Of a stretch of 64,000 nt of DNA, positions 33,988-44,247 are shown piece after piece. The translations under genes and the position numbers were made by a program. The notes below the pieces were generated by a model that ran no database searches, was not told the origin of the DNA, and worked only from the letters and a program-made list of their open reading frames with translations. Positions within the stretch are counted from its first letter, which is position 1, and each line of letters begins with the position of its first letter. Origin of the DNA: Marinobacter sp. (GTDB taxonomy: Bacteria; Pseudomonadota; Gammaproteobacteria; Pseudomonadales; Oleiphilaceae); NCBI RefSeq assembly GCF_052094685.1, contig NZ_JBQDKB010000011.1, positions 505 to 64,504 on the forward strand, written 5' to 3'.

Positions 33988-34027
33988 AAAAAAAGCCGGA
34001 GTACTTTACCAAGTACTCCGGCTTTTT
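33988..34027. terminator. Bidirectional terminator between the lipoprotein gene and livF
   Basis: AAAAAAAGCCGGAGTACTT-tacc-AAGTACTCCGGCTTTTT. Confidence 0.9.
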
Positions 34028-34046
34028 TGTTTCCTTGGGTTGACCA

Positions 34047-34754
34047 TCAGCCACCTAGATAGGCGTTCTGCACATCTGGATTGGCCAGCAAATTCTTACC
34101 TGTGTCGTGCAGGCGAATTTTGCCCGTCTCTAGCACATAACCTCGATCGGCGAGATGCAGTGCTTGGTGGGCGTTTTGCTCCACCAGAAACACAGTAATA
34201 CCTTCATCCCGTAGATGGCCGATAATCTCGAAGATCTGCTTGATGATCAGTGGAGCCAGCCCAAGTGAAGGCTCATCCAATATAATCATGTTTGGGCGGC
34301 TCATAAGCGCCCGCCCGATCGCCAGCATTTGCTGTTCACCACCAGACATGGTGCCCGCGCGCTGCAGTTCGCGTTCTTTCAGGCGCGGAAAGAGTTCATA
34401 CACGTGAGCCTGGCTTTTGCGAATTTCGGCTTTGGTATTGAAGAACCCTCCCATGTGTAGGTTTTCTTCAACTGTTAGGCCGGAAAATATTCTCCGGCCT
34501 TCGGGTACTATGGCAAGCCCCGAGCGCATGATCTGCGAGGTGGGCACGTTAGTGATATCGCGGCCCTCCAGGATTATGCGTCCGGAACTGGCTTGCGGGG
34601 TTCCGCATACGGTCATTAGCAGTGTGGTTTTTCCGGCGCCATTTGCGCCGATCAGCGAGACGATCTCGCCTCGGTTAACCTCAACAGATACCCCGTGCAG
34701 GGCCTCAATCTTTCCGTAATGGGTGTGGACATCTTCTAGTACAAGCATGCTCAT
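34047..34754 (-). CDS. livF: Branched-chain amino acid ABC transporter ATP-binding subunit
   Basis: 'GANGAGKT', 'PEGRRIF', 'MSGGEQQMLAIGR'. Confidence 0.95.
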   Translation of the reverse strand: MSMLVLEDVHTHYGKIEALHGVSVEVNRGEIVSLIGANGAGKTTLLMTVCGTPQASSGRIILEGRDITNVPTSQIMRSGLAIVPEGRRIFSGLTVEENLHMGGFFNTKAEIRKSQAHVYELFPRLKERELQRAGTMSGGEQQMLAIGRALMSRPNMIILDEPSLGLAPLIIKQIFEIIGHLRDEGITVFLVEQNAHQALHLADRGYVLETGKIRLHDTGKNLLANPDVQNAYLGG

Positions 34755-34756
34755 GT

Positions 34757-35512
34757 TTAGGCCTCGCCCAGGTAGGCTTTGATCACGTCGTCGTTCTGGC
34801 GGATTTCTTCTGGCGTACCACAGGCCAAGGGCTTGCCTTGGTTGATGACGTTGATCCGGTCTGAAATATCCATTACCAGGCTCATGTCGTGCTCAATCAA
34901 CACCACGGAAACGTTATAGTCCTCTTTCAGGCTAACAATAAGCTGATTGAGCTCTTTGGTTTCCGCCGGGTTTAGGCCCGCAGCGGGCTCATCGAGCATC
35001 AGCAGTTTAGGCTCGGTAACCATGCAGCGTGCTATTTCAAGCCGTCGCTGCTGACCGTACGCCAAGTTACCCGCATCCCGGTTGGCGAGATCCAGAAGGC
35101 CGACGCGTTCTAGCCAGTAAGCGGCACGATCTAGAGCTTTCTGTTCCCGCTCCCTGTAATTGGGGGTGCCAAGAAGGCCTGCAAGCATGTTGGTATTGAG
35201 ATGTCGGTGCTGGGCCACAAGCAGGTTTTCCACAACCGACATCTGAGTAAACAGACGAACGTGCTGAAAGGTTCTCACCATGCCCAGCCGGGAAATCTTG
35301 TAGTCCGGCTTGCCTTGCATTTCTTTGCCTTCGAAAAGGATCTTGCCACCGGTAGGCTTGTAAAAACCGCTCATGCAGTTGAAAACGGTTGTTTTACCGG
35401 CCCCGTTAGGGCCGATGATGGAAACGATTTCTCGTTCCTGAACGTCCAGTGACACTTGGTCTACCGCTAGCAGGCCGCCAAAGCGCATGGACAGATTTTG
35501 TACTTCAAGCAT
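34757..35512 (-). CDS. livG: Branched-chain amino acid ABC transporter ATP-binding subunit
   Basis: 'GPNGAGKTT', 'LAYGQQRRLEIAR', 'IEHDM'. Confidence 0.95.
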   Translation of the reverse strand: MLEVQNLSMRFGGLLAVDQVSLDVQEREIVSIIGPNGAGKTTVFNCMSGFYKPTGGKILFEGKEMQGKPDYKISRLGMVRTFQHVRLFTQMSVVENLLVAQHRHLNTNMLAGLLGTPNYREREQKALDRAAYWLERVGLLDLANRDAGNLAYGQQRRLEIARCMVTEPKLLMLDEPAAGLNPAETKELNQLIVSLKEDYNVSVVLIEHDMSLVMDISDRINVINQGKPLACGTPEEIRQNDDVIKAYLGEA

Positions 35513-35518
35513 TGTCTG

Positions 35519-36790
35519 TCACTCCTGCTTTTTCAGTTTGATGTGAATGCGGCGCATGGGCAGCAGGCCCTGCGGTCGCCAAACCATCATTAAGACCATG
35601 GCCGCACCGAAAATCAGCATTCGGTATTCGGAGAATTCCCGTGCCAGTTCCGGCAAAATGGTCACTGCAATGGCCGCCAGTATCACGCCAAGCTGTGAAC
35701 CCATGCCGCCTAAGACCACGATCGCAAGAATGATGGCAGATTCCAGGAAAATGAAAGATTCCGGACTGATAAATCCTTGCTTAGAGGCAAACACGGTACC
35801 TGCAAAGCCGGCAAAGAACGCACCAATAGTAAATGCAGAGAGTTTGACAGCCGTGCGGCTCAGGCCCAGCGAGCGGGCTGCGATTTCGTCTTCCCGCAAA
35901 GCTTCCCAGGCCCGACCCACGGGCATGCGCATAAAGCGGCGAATGACCAGTGCGGTTATTACCGCAAGCACCAAGGCAATCAGGTACAGGAAGATCACCT
36001 TGTGTTCGCCGCTGTAAGCAATGCCAAAGGTTTCGTGGAACGAGGTGTTGCCTTCTTCTTTCACGCGTCGGCCAAATTCCATGCCGAACAAAGTGGGGTC
36101 GGGAATGCCGCCAATACCATTTGGGCCGCCGGTGAGGGTGGTCCAGTTATTAAGCAGGATGCGAATGATTTCGCCAAAGCCAAGGGTGACGATGGCTAGG
36201 TAATCCCCTCGTAAGCGCAGTACTGGAAAGCCCAGTATCAGGCCGAATAGACCGGCAAGCAGTGCACCCGCGGGCAGTGCAACCCAGAATGAGACGCCTA
36301 AATATTGTGACAATAAAGCGAAGGTATAAGCTCCAACCGCATAGAAAGCCACATAACCGAGATCTAGCAGCCCCGCTAGGCCAACTACCACGTTAAGGCC
36401 AAGAGCCAGCATGATGTAGATCAGCACCAGCGTGGCCAAATCCACAGAGCCTCGCGAGACAAAGAACGGCCAGAACAGGGCAAGCACTACAAGCCCGGTT
36501 ATCACCCAGGATTCTAGTTTCACCCGCTTGGATTGCTCCATGGGTTCTTTGTTCACCATAGGGTTAAGCTTGGGTAGCTTGCCCAGCACGCCCATGAATG
36601 AATCACGAAACGCTTGGAAAACAAACACCGCAATGGCAGCCAGAACAATGGCAATGTAGGTTGAGGTTTTGGCGCCAGTAAGCGTAATGTTTACGCCCTC
36701 GGCTTCTAAATTGAGCCCAAGAATAGGGAACGAAATAATCAGCGTGACAACGGCACAGAACAGCGCGTGTCTATAATTGTTAGTAGCCAT
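35519..36790 (-). CDS. livM: Branched-chain amino acid ABC transporter permease
   Basis: '[14 protein letters not shown]', '[16 protein letters not shown]'. Confidence 0.95.
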   Translation of the reverse strand: MATNNYRHALFCAVVTLIISFPILGLNLEAEGVNITLTGAKTSTYIAIVLAAIAVFVFQAFRDSFMGVLGKLPKLNPMVNKEPMEQSKRVKLESWVITGLVVLALFWPFFVSRGSVDLATLVLIYIMLALGLNVVVGLAGLLDLGYVAFYAVGAYTFALLSQYLGVSFWVALPAGALLAGLFGLILGFPVLRLRGDYLAIVTLGFGEIIRILLNNWTTLTGGPNGIGGIPDPTLFGMEFGRRVKEEGNTSFHETFGIAYSGEHKVIFLYLIALVLAVITALVIRRFMRMPVGRAWEALREDEIAARSLGLSRTAVKLSAFTIGAFFAGFAGTVFASKQGFISPESFIFLESAIILAIVVLGGMGSQLGVILAAIAVTILPELAREFSEYRMLIFGAAMVLMMVWRPQGLLPMRRIHIKLKKQE

Positions 36791-37713
36791 TAGATCTTCT
36801 CAACCTCCGGTTTGCCAAGCAGGCCCGTGGGCTTAAACAGCAGAATGAGAATCAGCAGGCCAAAGGAAACCACGTCTTTATACTCACCGCTGAGGTAGCC
36901 CGAGGTCATACTTTCAGACACGCCAAGAATCAGGCCGCCGAGCATAGCGCCGGGAATGCTGCCAATGCCGCCGAGCACGGCTGCCGTAAAGGCCTTGAGG
37001 CCGGCAATAAAGCCAAACAATGGATCAACTGAACCGTAATACATACCTAGTAAGAGGCCGGCAACGGCGGCCAGAGCGGCGCCAATAATAAAGGTGGCCG
37101 AGATAATACGGTTGGTGTCGATGCCCAGCAGACTGGCCATGCCAAGATCTTGCGAAACAGCCCGGCAAGCGCGCCCTGTGCGAGAGCGCGAAATGAACAG
37201 CGAGAGCACTGTCATGCAAATCAGTGTGGTGATAAAAATGGTGATCTGCATATAAGATAACGACATCTGAAACGCACCTTCAGAGCCAAACTGGAAGCCA
37301 CCTTCAATAAGCGCAGGAAAGCCAATGTTGCGAGAGCCCTGAGCAAGGTGGACGTAGTTCTGCAGGAAGATAGACATGCCGATGGCAGAGATGAGCGGGA
37401 TCAAGCGATGACGGCCGCGTACAGGGCGGTAAGCTACCCTTTCTACCGCCCAGCCCATAGAGCTGGAAACAATCATGGCGCACACCAGCGCAACGATCAG
37501 AATCAGGGGTAGCCAGGCCGCACCCAGAGCGGTTAGGCCGGTAATGGCGATAAGCGCTGTGTAGGCGCCAATCATGTAAATTTCACCATGGGCAAAGTTG
37601 ATCATGCCAATGATGCCGTAAACCATCGTATAGCCGATGGCGATCAGGGCGTAAGCGCTCCCGATCGTAAGCCCGTTAATGAGCTGTTGAGAGAAGTACA
37701 GGAGATCTTGCAT
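36790..37713 (-). CDS. livH: Branched-chain amino acid ABC transporter permease
   Basis: '[34 protein letters not shown]'. Confidence 0.95.
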   Translation of the reverse strand: MQDLLYFSQQLINGLTIGSAYALIAIGYTMVYGIIGMINFAHGEIYMIGAYTALIAITGLTALGAAWLPLILIVALVCAMIVSSSMGWAVERVAYRPVRGRHRLIPLISAIGMSIFLQNYVHLAQGSRNIGFPALIEGGFQFGSEGAFQMSLSYMQITIFITTLICMTVLSLFISRSRTGRACRAVSQDLGMASLLGIDTNRIISATFIIGAALAAVAGLLLGMYYGSVDPLFGFIAGLKAFTAAVLGGIGSIPGAMLGGLILGVSESMTSGYLSGEYKDVVSFGLLILILLFKPTGLLGKPEVEKI

Positions 37714-37807
37714 TATTGTTTGACTCCGGAGGCCTACTCCCTCCGCTGACACACTCCGAGCCCAGGGTAGCCGGGTTGGATGTGAGGCAGAATCTCAAGG
37801 AGCCTAG

Positions 37808-37846
37808 AAAAACACCTTCTCCCGGATCTCGGTGAGAAGGTGTTTT
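37808..37846 (-). terminator. Hairpin between livK and livH
   Basis: AAAACACCTTCTC...GAGAAGGTGTTTT; typical of lowering permease expression relative to the binding protein. Confidence 0.75.
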
Positions 37847-37874
37847 CATGATTACCGTTAATTAACGATTTGGC

Positions 37875-38987
37875 TTAGTTTACCGGAGTTTTGCTGCCAT
37901 CTGAATGCCATTCGAACACAACAAACTCAAATGACTTCATATCGCCTGCCTCGTCATACTCAACCGTACCAATTGGCGTCTCAAAGGTACCGCTGCGCAG
38001 GGCTGCGGCAACATCAAACGGGTCTTTGGAGTCTGCGGCTTCAATGCCGTCTGCAATCAACTGAACGGCAGCGTAAGACGTAAGCACGAACGGGCCAGAC
38101 GGGTCCTCATCCGCAGCCTCAAAGGCCTTCACGAGTTCTTGGTTTTCTTGTTTCTTATCAAAGCTTGGTGGCAGAGTTACCAGAAGCCCCTCGGAAGCTT
38201 CGCCAGCAATGGTGTTGATGTCGTTGTTACCAACACCTTCAGGACCCATGAATTTGACGTCTAGATTGGCTTGCTCTGCCTGGCGCAGAATCAAACCCAG
38301 CTCAGGGTGGTAGCCGCCAAAGTACACATAATCCACATCAGCTTGCTTAAGCTTGGTGATCAGTGATGAGAAGTCTTTGTTGCCAGCGGTAACACCTTCA
38401 AACATGGCAACTTCAACGCCTTTGTTCTTCAGTGTGTCACGAACCGCCGTGGCAATACCTTCACCGTACTGCTGTTTATCGTGAATAACAGCAACCTTCT
38501 CGGGGTTCTGGCTGGCAATGTAGTCGCCGGCAACAGGGCCCTGCATGCTGTCTAGCCCGATGGTACGGAAAATCAGCTCATAGCCACGCGATGTAACCTC
38601 CGGGCTGGTAGACGCTGGCGTGATCATCAGAATGCCTTCGTCCTCGTAAATGTCTGAGGCAGGCTGAGTTGAGCTTGAGCACAAATGGCCAACAACATAG
38701 CGAACGCCATCGTTAACCATCTGGTTGGCAACTGTAACGGCCTGCTTGGGGTCGCACACGTCGTCGTATTCTACAGCAACCAGCTTTTCGCCCATCACGC
38801 CGCCGGCAGCGTTAATTTGCTTAATGGCCATGCGTGTGCCAGAGAATTGCATGTCGCCGTACTGGGCAACTGGGCCAGTAATGGGCCCTGCAACGCCAAT
38901 TTTGATATCTGCAGCTGCGTTGCCGGCAGCCATAAGAGCAACGGAAGCGCTAACCGCGGTGACGAGTTTTTTTACTGAAATTGTCAT
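37875..38987 (-). CDS. livK: Branched-chain amino acid ABC transporter substrate-binding protein (LivJ/LivK)
   Basis: Signal peptide; 'DDVCDPKQAV', 'VVGHLCSSST'. Confidence 0.9.
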   Translation of the reverse strand: MTISVKKLVTAVSASVALMAAGNAAADIKIGVAGPITGPVAQYGDMQFSGTRMAIKQINAAGGVMGEKLVAVEYDDVCDPKQAVTVANQMVNDGVRYVVGHLCSSSTQPASDIYEDEGILMITPASTSPEVTSRGYELIFRTIGLDSMQGPVAGDYIASQNPEKVAVIHDKQQYGEGIATAVRDTLKNKGVEVAMFEGVTAGNKDFSSLITKLKQADVDYVYFGGYHPELGLILRQAEQANLDVKFMGPEGVGNNDINTIAGEASEGLLVTLPPSFDKKQENQELVKAFEAADEDPSGPFVLTSYAAVQLIADGIEAADSKDPFDVAAALRSGTFETPIGTVEYDEAGDMKSFEFVVFEWHSDGSKTPVN

Positions 38988-39196
38988 GGGGGATTGTCCT
39001 GTATTTTCAGGGTTATTCTTATAGTCTCAGTAGCTAAACAAACACCACCGGTGCAACCTTGTCAAGTTGACCGGTGGCTTAGCTGGCTATTTAACATTCT
39101 GCACGTAAAAACCGCTACTTGCATTCGTGGGTTCGAAGACCTCTAATACTTAGTGGTGTAAATAAAAGGCAAGAGCCTCTTTGGAGCAGTAACACA

Positions 39197-39691
39197 GTGA
39201 GCAACTACGAGCACGTACTGGTAGCACTTCGGCGAGTTATTCGGGCAACAGATCTACATTCCAAGCGTCTTAGCAAGAATGCCGGGCTTACCGGCCCGCA
39301 GCTATTAATTATGCGAACCATTCGGGAGCTAGGCGAGGTTACCATCGGTACCATTGCCGACAAAGTAAGCTTAAGCCAGGCTACCGTAACAACGATTCTT
39401 GATCGCCTAGAGCACAGGCAACTGGTTTATCGTGTTCGTAGCACCCAAGACAAGCGCAAGGTTCATGCTCACCTGACTGAGGAAGGCGCAGACATACTTT
39501 CCCGCGCGCCCAACCCGTTGCAAGAAGAGTTTATTAAAAAGTTTCAGAACCTTCATGAGTGGGAGCAGAATATGATTCTGGCCTCTCTTCAGCGGGTGGC
39601 CAACATGATGGATGCCGACGATATTGATGCCTCGCCTGTGTTGGATGTAGGCCCGGTATTGAAGGACGATGGCTGGAATGAAAAGGCGTAA
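39197..39691 (+). CDS. MarR-family regulator, CosR/EctR-like
   Basis: 'LRRVIRATDLHSKRL....GLTGPQL...SQATVTTILDRLE...DKRKVHAHLT...APNPLQ..F..L..WEQ'; GTG start at 39197. Confidence 0.8.
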   Translation: MSNYEHVLVALRRVIRATDLHSKRLSKNAGLTGPQLLIMRTIRELGEVTIGTIADKVSLSQATVTTILDRLEHRQLVYRVRSTQDKRKVHAHLTEEGADILSRAPNPLQEEFIKKFQNLHEWEQNMILASLQRVANMMDADDIDASPVLDVGPVLKDDGWNEKA

Positions 39692-39882
39692 ATTTTTCTC
39701 TCGATCTGGTCGGTGATGTAAGTGGCCCCGCAGATTGGGGGCGCAGCGAGCTTTATCTTGAGGATGAATTATTGGTAATGGTACACTGAGCGTACTATTC
39801 TATGCAGGAAATCGGTGCGGTCGCACAGCTTCTGATTTTCACGCTGGCGGAACTTGGAGTGGAGTTGTGCAGTTGATGATCT

Positions 39883-40671
39883 TTGCCGTATTTCATCAGC
39901 ACTCCATTGGAACAACCTGTGATCGCTATTAGTCAGCTTAAATTCAGTTACACATCATCGGCCGGCCCAGTGCTGACGGGAATTGATCTTGATGTGCCCG
40001 ACAGTGCGTTATTCGGTCTGCTTGGCCCCAACGGCGCCGGCAAGACTACGTTGTTGTCGATTTTGGCCGGTTTGATTCCGTGTCCGCAGCAGTCTGTTTT
40101 CATTAACCGCAAGGATCTGTCTACCCCGGCTGGTCGTGCTGCCTCTAGGCTTTCACTGGTGCCGCAGGAGTATGCCTTTTATCAGCCACTGACCGTGCGG
40201 GAAAACCTGGCATTTTTTGCCGGTGTTCAAGGCGTGCCGGCAAAGAACGTTGAACAGCGTATTCAGGAGGCGGTTGCACAGACCGGGCTGGCGGAGAGGC
40301 TAAATAGCCGCGCGAGCAAATTGTCCGGAGGGCTCAAGCGCCGGTTGAACCTGGCAATCGGTTTGTTGAACCGCCCTCGCTTGTTGTTACTGGATGAACC
40401 AACGGTGGGCATTGACCCCCACTCCCGGCACTTTATTCTTGAAACTCTTCGAAGCCTGGGCGCTACCGGTACCACAGTGATTTACACTTCCCATTACATG
40501 GAAGAGGTGGAAGAACTTTGTGATCATGTGGCTATTATGGACCACGGTCGAATACTCCGTAGCGGCGCCTTGGTTCAATTGTTGGCCGAGGCGCCGCAAA
40601 CGGGGCATCGTCGCAAATCCAGCCTCGAGTCCCTGTTTCTCGATCTCACTACTCGCGATCTGAGGGACTGA
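39883..40671 (+). CDS. ABC exporter ATP-binding protein
   Basis: 'GPNGAGKTT', 'LSGGLKRR', 'LDEPTVGID', 'SHYMEE'. Confidence 0.92.
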   Translation: MPYFISTPLEQPVIAISQLKFSYTSSAGPVLTGIDLDVPDSALFGLLGPNGAGKTTLLSILAGLIPCPQQSVFINRKDLSTPAGRAASRLSLVPQEYAFYQPLTVRENLAFFAGVQGVPAKNVEQRIQEAVAQTGLAERLNSRASKLSGGLKRRLNLAIGLLNRPRLLLLDEPTVGIDPHSRHFILETLRSLGATGTTVIYTSHYMEEVEELCDHVAIMDHGRILRSGALVQLLAEAPQTGHRRKSSLESLFLDLTTRDLRD

Positions 40672-40672
40672 G

Positions 40673-41848
40673 ATGGGCGTTATGATCGCACTGATCCGCA
40701 AAGAATTTCTGCTACTGTGCCGCGATCCCCACGGCTTGCTGTTGCTGTTTGTGATGCCCGCCGTATTTGTGTTGATCATGACTTTTGCCTTGCAAAACCA
40801 GTACGCCATAGACAAGGACGTGACGCTGGATTTCCTGCTTTTTAGTGAGGATAACAGCGGGCTCAGTACTGCCTTTGCCCGGGAGCTGGCTACTATGGCT
40901 CCCTTGCAAAGGGTGCCCACACAAAGCAACTGGCAGAAAATGCAGGCTCTGGCACAAGCAGATAAAGTGAAGTTTTTGGTCCGGGTGAAACCCGGATTTG
41001 ATCAGTTGCTTATTGATGGTGAACCGGCGGTCGAAATTCTGTTTTCACCAGGAACGTCGCCAGTATTTGCCAGTGTTGCACAGGCCCGGGTGACAGAACT
41101 ATTGAACCGGCTGTACCTGCGTTATCGGTTGGCAACCATGCCGGGGGTGCAAAGTAGCTTGGTAGCCAATGCCTCGGATCTCGTTGAGGCCAGCTCCCTG
41201 TATGATAACAGTGGCGCCTTGCCGTCATCGGTGCAGCAGAATGTGCCCGCCTGGCTGCTGTTTGCCATGTTTTTTATCGCCATTCCTCTGTCGACCACTC
41301 TGATCAACGAGCGCCAGCAGGGTACCTTGTTGCGGCTGCAAAGCATGGGTGTCGGCCCGGCGCAGCTGCTGGCCGGTAAAGTGATTCCGTTTTTCATTGT
41401 CAACTTGCTACAGGTGGCGGTATTGTTCCTGATCGGCCTATATCTGATTCCGCTGCTGGGTGGTGATCAACTGACTCTGGGCGCAAATCCCGAGGGTTTG
41501 GTACTGGTGGCAGTGGCCGCTAGCCTGGCGGCGGTGAGCTATGCTCTTTTGATTGCGCAGATCGCCAAAACCATTGAGCAGGCCACCATTGTTGCTGGCG
41601 TTCTTAACATCATTATGGCGGCGCTTGGCGGCGTAATGGTCCCCAGATTTTTGATGCCTGATGCCATGCGGGAAATAGGCAGCTATTCGCCTATGTCCTG
41701 GGGGCTCGATGGTTTCTTTGACATCTTATTACGCAATGGCACAGCGGTTGATGTGCTGCCGGAAGTGGGTGCCTTGTTGGGGTTTGCAGCGCTTATGCTG
41801 AGCCTTGCGATAGGCATGTACCACCGTGCCGCACCTGAACGAGGGTAA
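40673..41848 (+). CDS. ABC-2 type exporter permease
   Basis: 'IRKEFLLLCRD' N terminus, periplasmic loop, 'SSVQQNVPAWLLFAMFF', six TM segments. Confidence 0.9.
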   Translation: MGVMIALIRKEFLLLCRDPHGLLLLFVMPAVFVLIMTFALQNQYAIDKDVTLDFLLFSEDNSGLSTAFARELATMAPLQRVPTQSNWQKMQALAQADKVKFLVRVKPGFDQLLIDGEPAVEILFSPGTSPVFASVAQARVTELLNRLYLRYRLATMPGVQSSLVANASDLVEASSLYDNSGALPSSVQQNVPAWLLFAMFFIAIPLSTTLINERQQGTLLRLQSMGVGPAQLLAGKVIPFFIVNLLQVAVLFLIGLYLIPLLGGDQLTLGANPEGLVLVAVAASLAAVSYALLIAQIAKTIEQATIVAGVLNIIMAALGGVMVPRFLMPDAMREIGSYSPMSWGLDGFFDILLRNGTAVDVLPEVGALLGFAALMLSLAIGMYHRAAPERG

Positions 41849-41853
41849 ATCAA

Positions 41854-42138
41854 ATGACGGCCAACAACATGAGTGATGGTATGAACACGTCGCAACTTAA
41901 AACGGAACTCAAGGAGTTAATTGTTGAGGAATGCGATGTGGAAATTGGGGCCTGCGATATTCAGGATGACGAACACCTGATCGGACCGGATAGCCGGCTG
42001 AATCTGGATTCGTTGGACGCTCTGAGCATATCTCTGGAAGTGAAAAGCCGCTACAAAAAACATATCGACAGTGGTAACGAAACACGCATGGCATTGACCT
42101 CGGTAGCGACCTTGGCCGAATTTATTCTTGCTGACTAA
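41854..42138 (+). CDS. Acyl carrier protein
   Basis: Small acidic protein with phosphopantetheine motif 'LDSLDAL'. Confidence 0.9.
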   Translation: MTANNMSDGMNTSQLKTELKELIVEECDVEIGACDIQDDEHLIGPDSRLNLDSLDALSISLEVKSRYKKHIDSGNETRMALTSVATLAEFILAD

Positions 42139-42159
42139 CATCGGGCTATTGAGCGCTCA

Positions 42160-43335
42160 ATGAAAGACCTGAATCAATCAACAAAAGTACCCGTAAGAAT
42201 TGTCGCCAGCGGCCTTGTCAGTGCTCTGGGTAATGGCAAATGCAGCAATCTCACCGCGCTGTTCAGGGACACAGCCGCCGCCCCGGGCCGGTTGTCTTTG
42301 AAGCTTCTCGAAGAGCCTGTGGATATTCCTTACCATGCAGTTTCCGGAGCCCCAGAGGCAGCAGAAAATCGCTTGCACTGGTTACTGGATCAGGCGATCA
42401 ATGAGCTATTGACTGAACACCCCTTGGCCCGGGAGCAACGCGCGACTATTCCGGTATTTATTGGTTCTTCCTGTTGGGGAATCAGCATTGCCGAGGAAGA
42501 GTATCGCCAGCAATGCCACGATAACCCAGACACTGCCATTCCGATGCCGCTGGACGGCCTCAGCCAAATTAGCCGGTATCTGCAAAAACAGTTCGGCTTT
42601 CACGGTGCAGACTTTGCGCTCAATACCGCCTGTACAGCCACTGCCAACGCCATACTCAGCGCGGCGGCGGCCATTGGTGCCGGGATCAGTGACCATGCTC
42701 TGGTGGTTGGCCTGGAAGTCCGAAACGATACCACTTTGGCCGGGTTTCATGGCATGCAATTGTTGGCACAAGACAACATGCGCCCATTTGATCGGCAGCG
42801 TGACGGCTTGGTGTTGGGTGAGGGTTGCGGAGCCATGCTTTTGTCAAAGTGTGAAAGCCACGACTCAGGTGTTTTGATTTTGGGTGGTGCCAGTAACTGC
42901 GATACGTTTAGCATTTCCGCTTCTAACCCGGATGGCAGCACCATTGCGGCGGTGATGGCTGACGCGATGGGCCGGAGCGGCCTTGCGCCTTCCGACATTC
43001 AGGCAATCAAGGCCCATGGTACCGCTACGCCCCTGAATGATGATGGCGAAGCCGCCGGCATGCGCTGCGTTTTTGACACAGTACCGCCGTTTTTCTCCCT
43101 GAAGGCGGCGCTCGGGCATACGCTGGGAAGTTGTGGCGTGATGGAAACCCTGTTAGTTGCTGCGGCCCTTCCTCGAGGCAGACTGCCGGCCAGTGCCGGA
43201 TTTTCCGAGCCTGACCCAAGCCTCGGTGTGGCGCCGATATCACAGCCGCTACTGGTGGGCCCTGGTAATTATTTGCTGAACTTCTTCGGGTTTGGGGGCA
43301 ATAACTCCAGCCTGATTATCCGCTATCAAGATTGA
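42160..43335 (+). CDS. Beta-ketoacyl-ACP synthase (KS, ApeO/FabF-like)
   Basis: Cys-His-His triad: 'NTACTAT', 'KAHGTATPLND', 'KAALGHTLG'. Confidence 0.9.
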   Translation: MKDLNQSTKVPVRIVASGLVSALGNGKCSNLTALFRDTAAAPGRLSLKLLEEPVDIPYHAVSGAPEAAENRLHWLLDQAINELLTEHPLAREQRATIPVFIGSSCWGISIAEEEYRQQCHDNPDTAIPMPLDGLSQISRYLQKQFGFHGADFALNTACTATANAILSAAAAIGAGISDHALVVGLEVRNDTTLAGFHGMQLLAQDNMRPFDRQRDGLVLGEGCGAMLLSKCESHDSGVLILGGASNCDTFSISASNPDGSTIAAVMADAMGRSGLAPSDIQAIKAHGTATPLNDDGEAAGMRCVFDTVPPFFSLKAALGHTLGSCGVMETLLVAAALPRGRLPASAGFSEPDPSLGVAPISQPLLVGPGNYLLNFFGFGGNNSSLIIRYQD

Positions 43336-43336
43336 G

Positions 43337-44242
43337 TTGACCCCGGGATTCGAACTTATGCTCGATATTATTGCCATAGGAGACTACTACCAGGGCGTTG
43401 ACCCCGATCAGGGGCTGACCGATATGAGAGCCGCTGCCACGGAAGCGTGTTGCGAGCGCTTTCGACGCATTGACCGGTTCACTCAGATGGCACTGATTGG
43501 TTCGGCCCAATGTGTTGAAGGCGCTGAAGTTAAACCCGATGCGGGGTTGTACATCGGCTCTCGATTTGCCTCCTTGGGCAGCATCACGAAAGTTCATGAG
43601 CAGATGGTTGGTAGGGGTTCGGTGCCAAAGCCCGCCAATTTCATCAACACGCTGAGCAACTCGGCAGGCTATTTTGTTGCGCGCAACCTTGGGTTGCGCC
43701 ATCGTAACCTGTTTGTCTCACGGGGCGATGCCTCGATGGTTGCTGCACTGCAACTGGCGGCCATGGATGTAAGCACGGGCGCCGTATCTCAGGCATTAGT
43801 GGGGGTCGTGGAAGAGGCGGTTTTGCCGCTTGAACATCATCATTTTCGTCTCGGGGTGGAACCGGGTACGGAAATTGGCGAGGGCAGTCACTGGTTATTG
43901 GTGGCGCCTGAGGGCAGCGCCGATAGCCTTGCCTCGATAACAGACATGATTACTCTGGTAGACGAGCAGGCGCTGGATCAGTGGTTGAACCAGCTCGACC
44001 CGGCTACCGAGTACCGAGTGTCTCTGTCGCCCTGGACTCGGCAGCGAATAACCTCGAGCTGTTTGCAAAACCGGCCGCGGCTCAGAGGCTTTGATCCGGC
44101 GCTGGCCGTGTATCCGGGCTACGTTGCCGGTGCAACGATTCGCTATCTGCAGTCGGGTGAAGCCTCACCCCTGATTGTTATTGCCGCCGATACCGATGGC
44201 CGTTTTCACGCTATTGTTGCTTGGCCCAAGCGGGCGAATTGA
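43337..44242 (+). CDS. Chain-length-factor-like, catalytically inactive ketosynthase
   Basis: 'RRIDRFTQMAL', 'FINTLSNSAG'; no TAC catalytic motif; follows the KS gene by 1 bp. Confidence 0.65.
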   Translation: MTPGFELMLDIIAIGDYYQGVDPDQGLTDMRAAATEACCERFRRIDRFTQMALIGSAQCVEGAEVKPDAGLYIGSRFASLGSITKVHEQMVGRGSVPKPANFINTLSNSAGYFVARNLGLRHRNLFVSRGDASMVAALQLAAMDVSTGAVSQALVGVVEEAVLPLEHHHFRLGVEPGTEIGEGSHWLLVAPEGSADSLASITDMITLVDEQALDQWLNQLDPATEYRVSLSPWTRQRITSSCLQNRPRLRGFDPALAVYPGYVAGATIRYLQSGEASPLIVIAADTDGRFHAIVAWPKRAN

Positions 44243-44247
44243 AGGTG

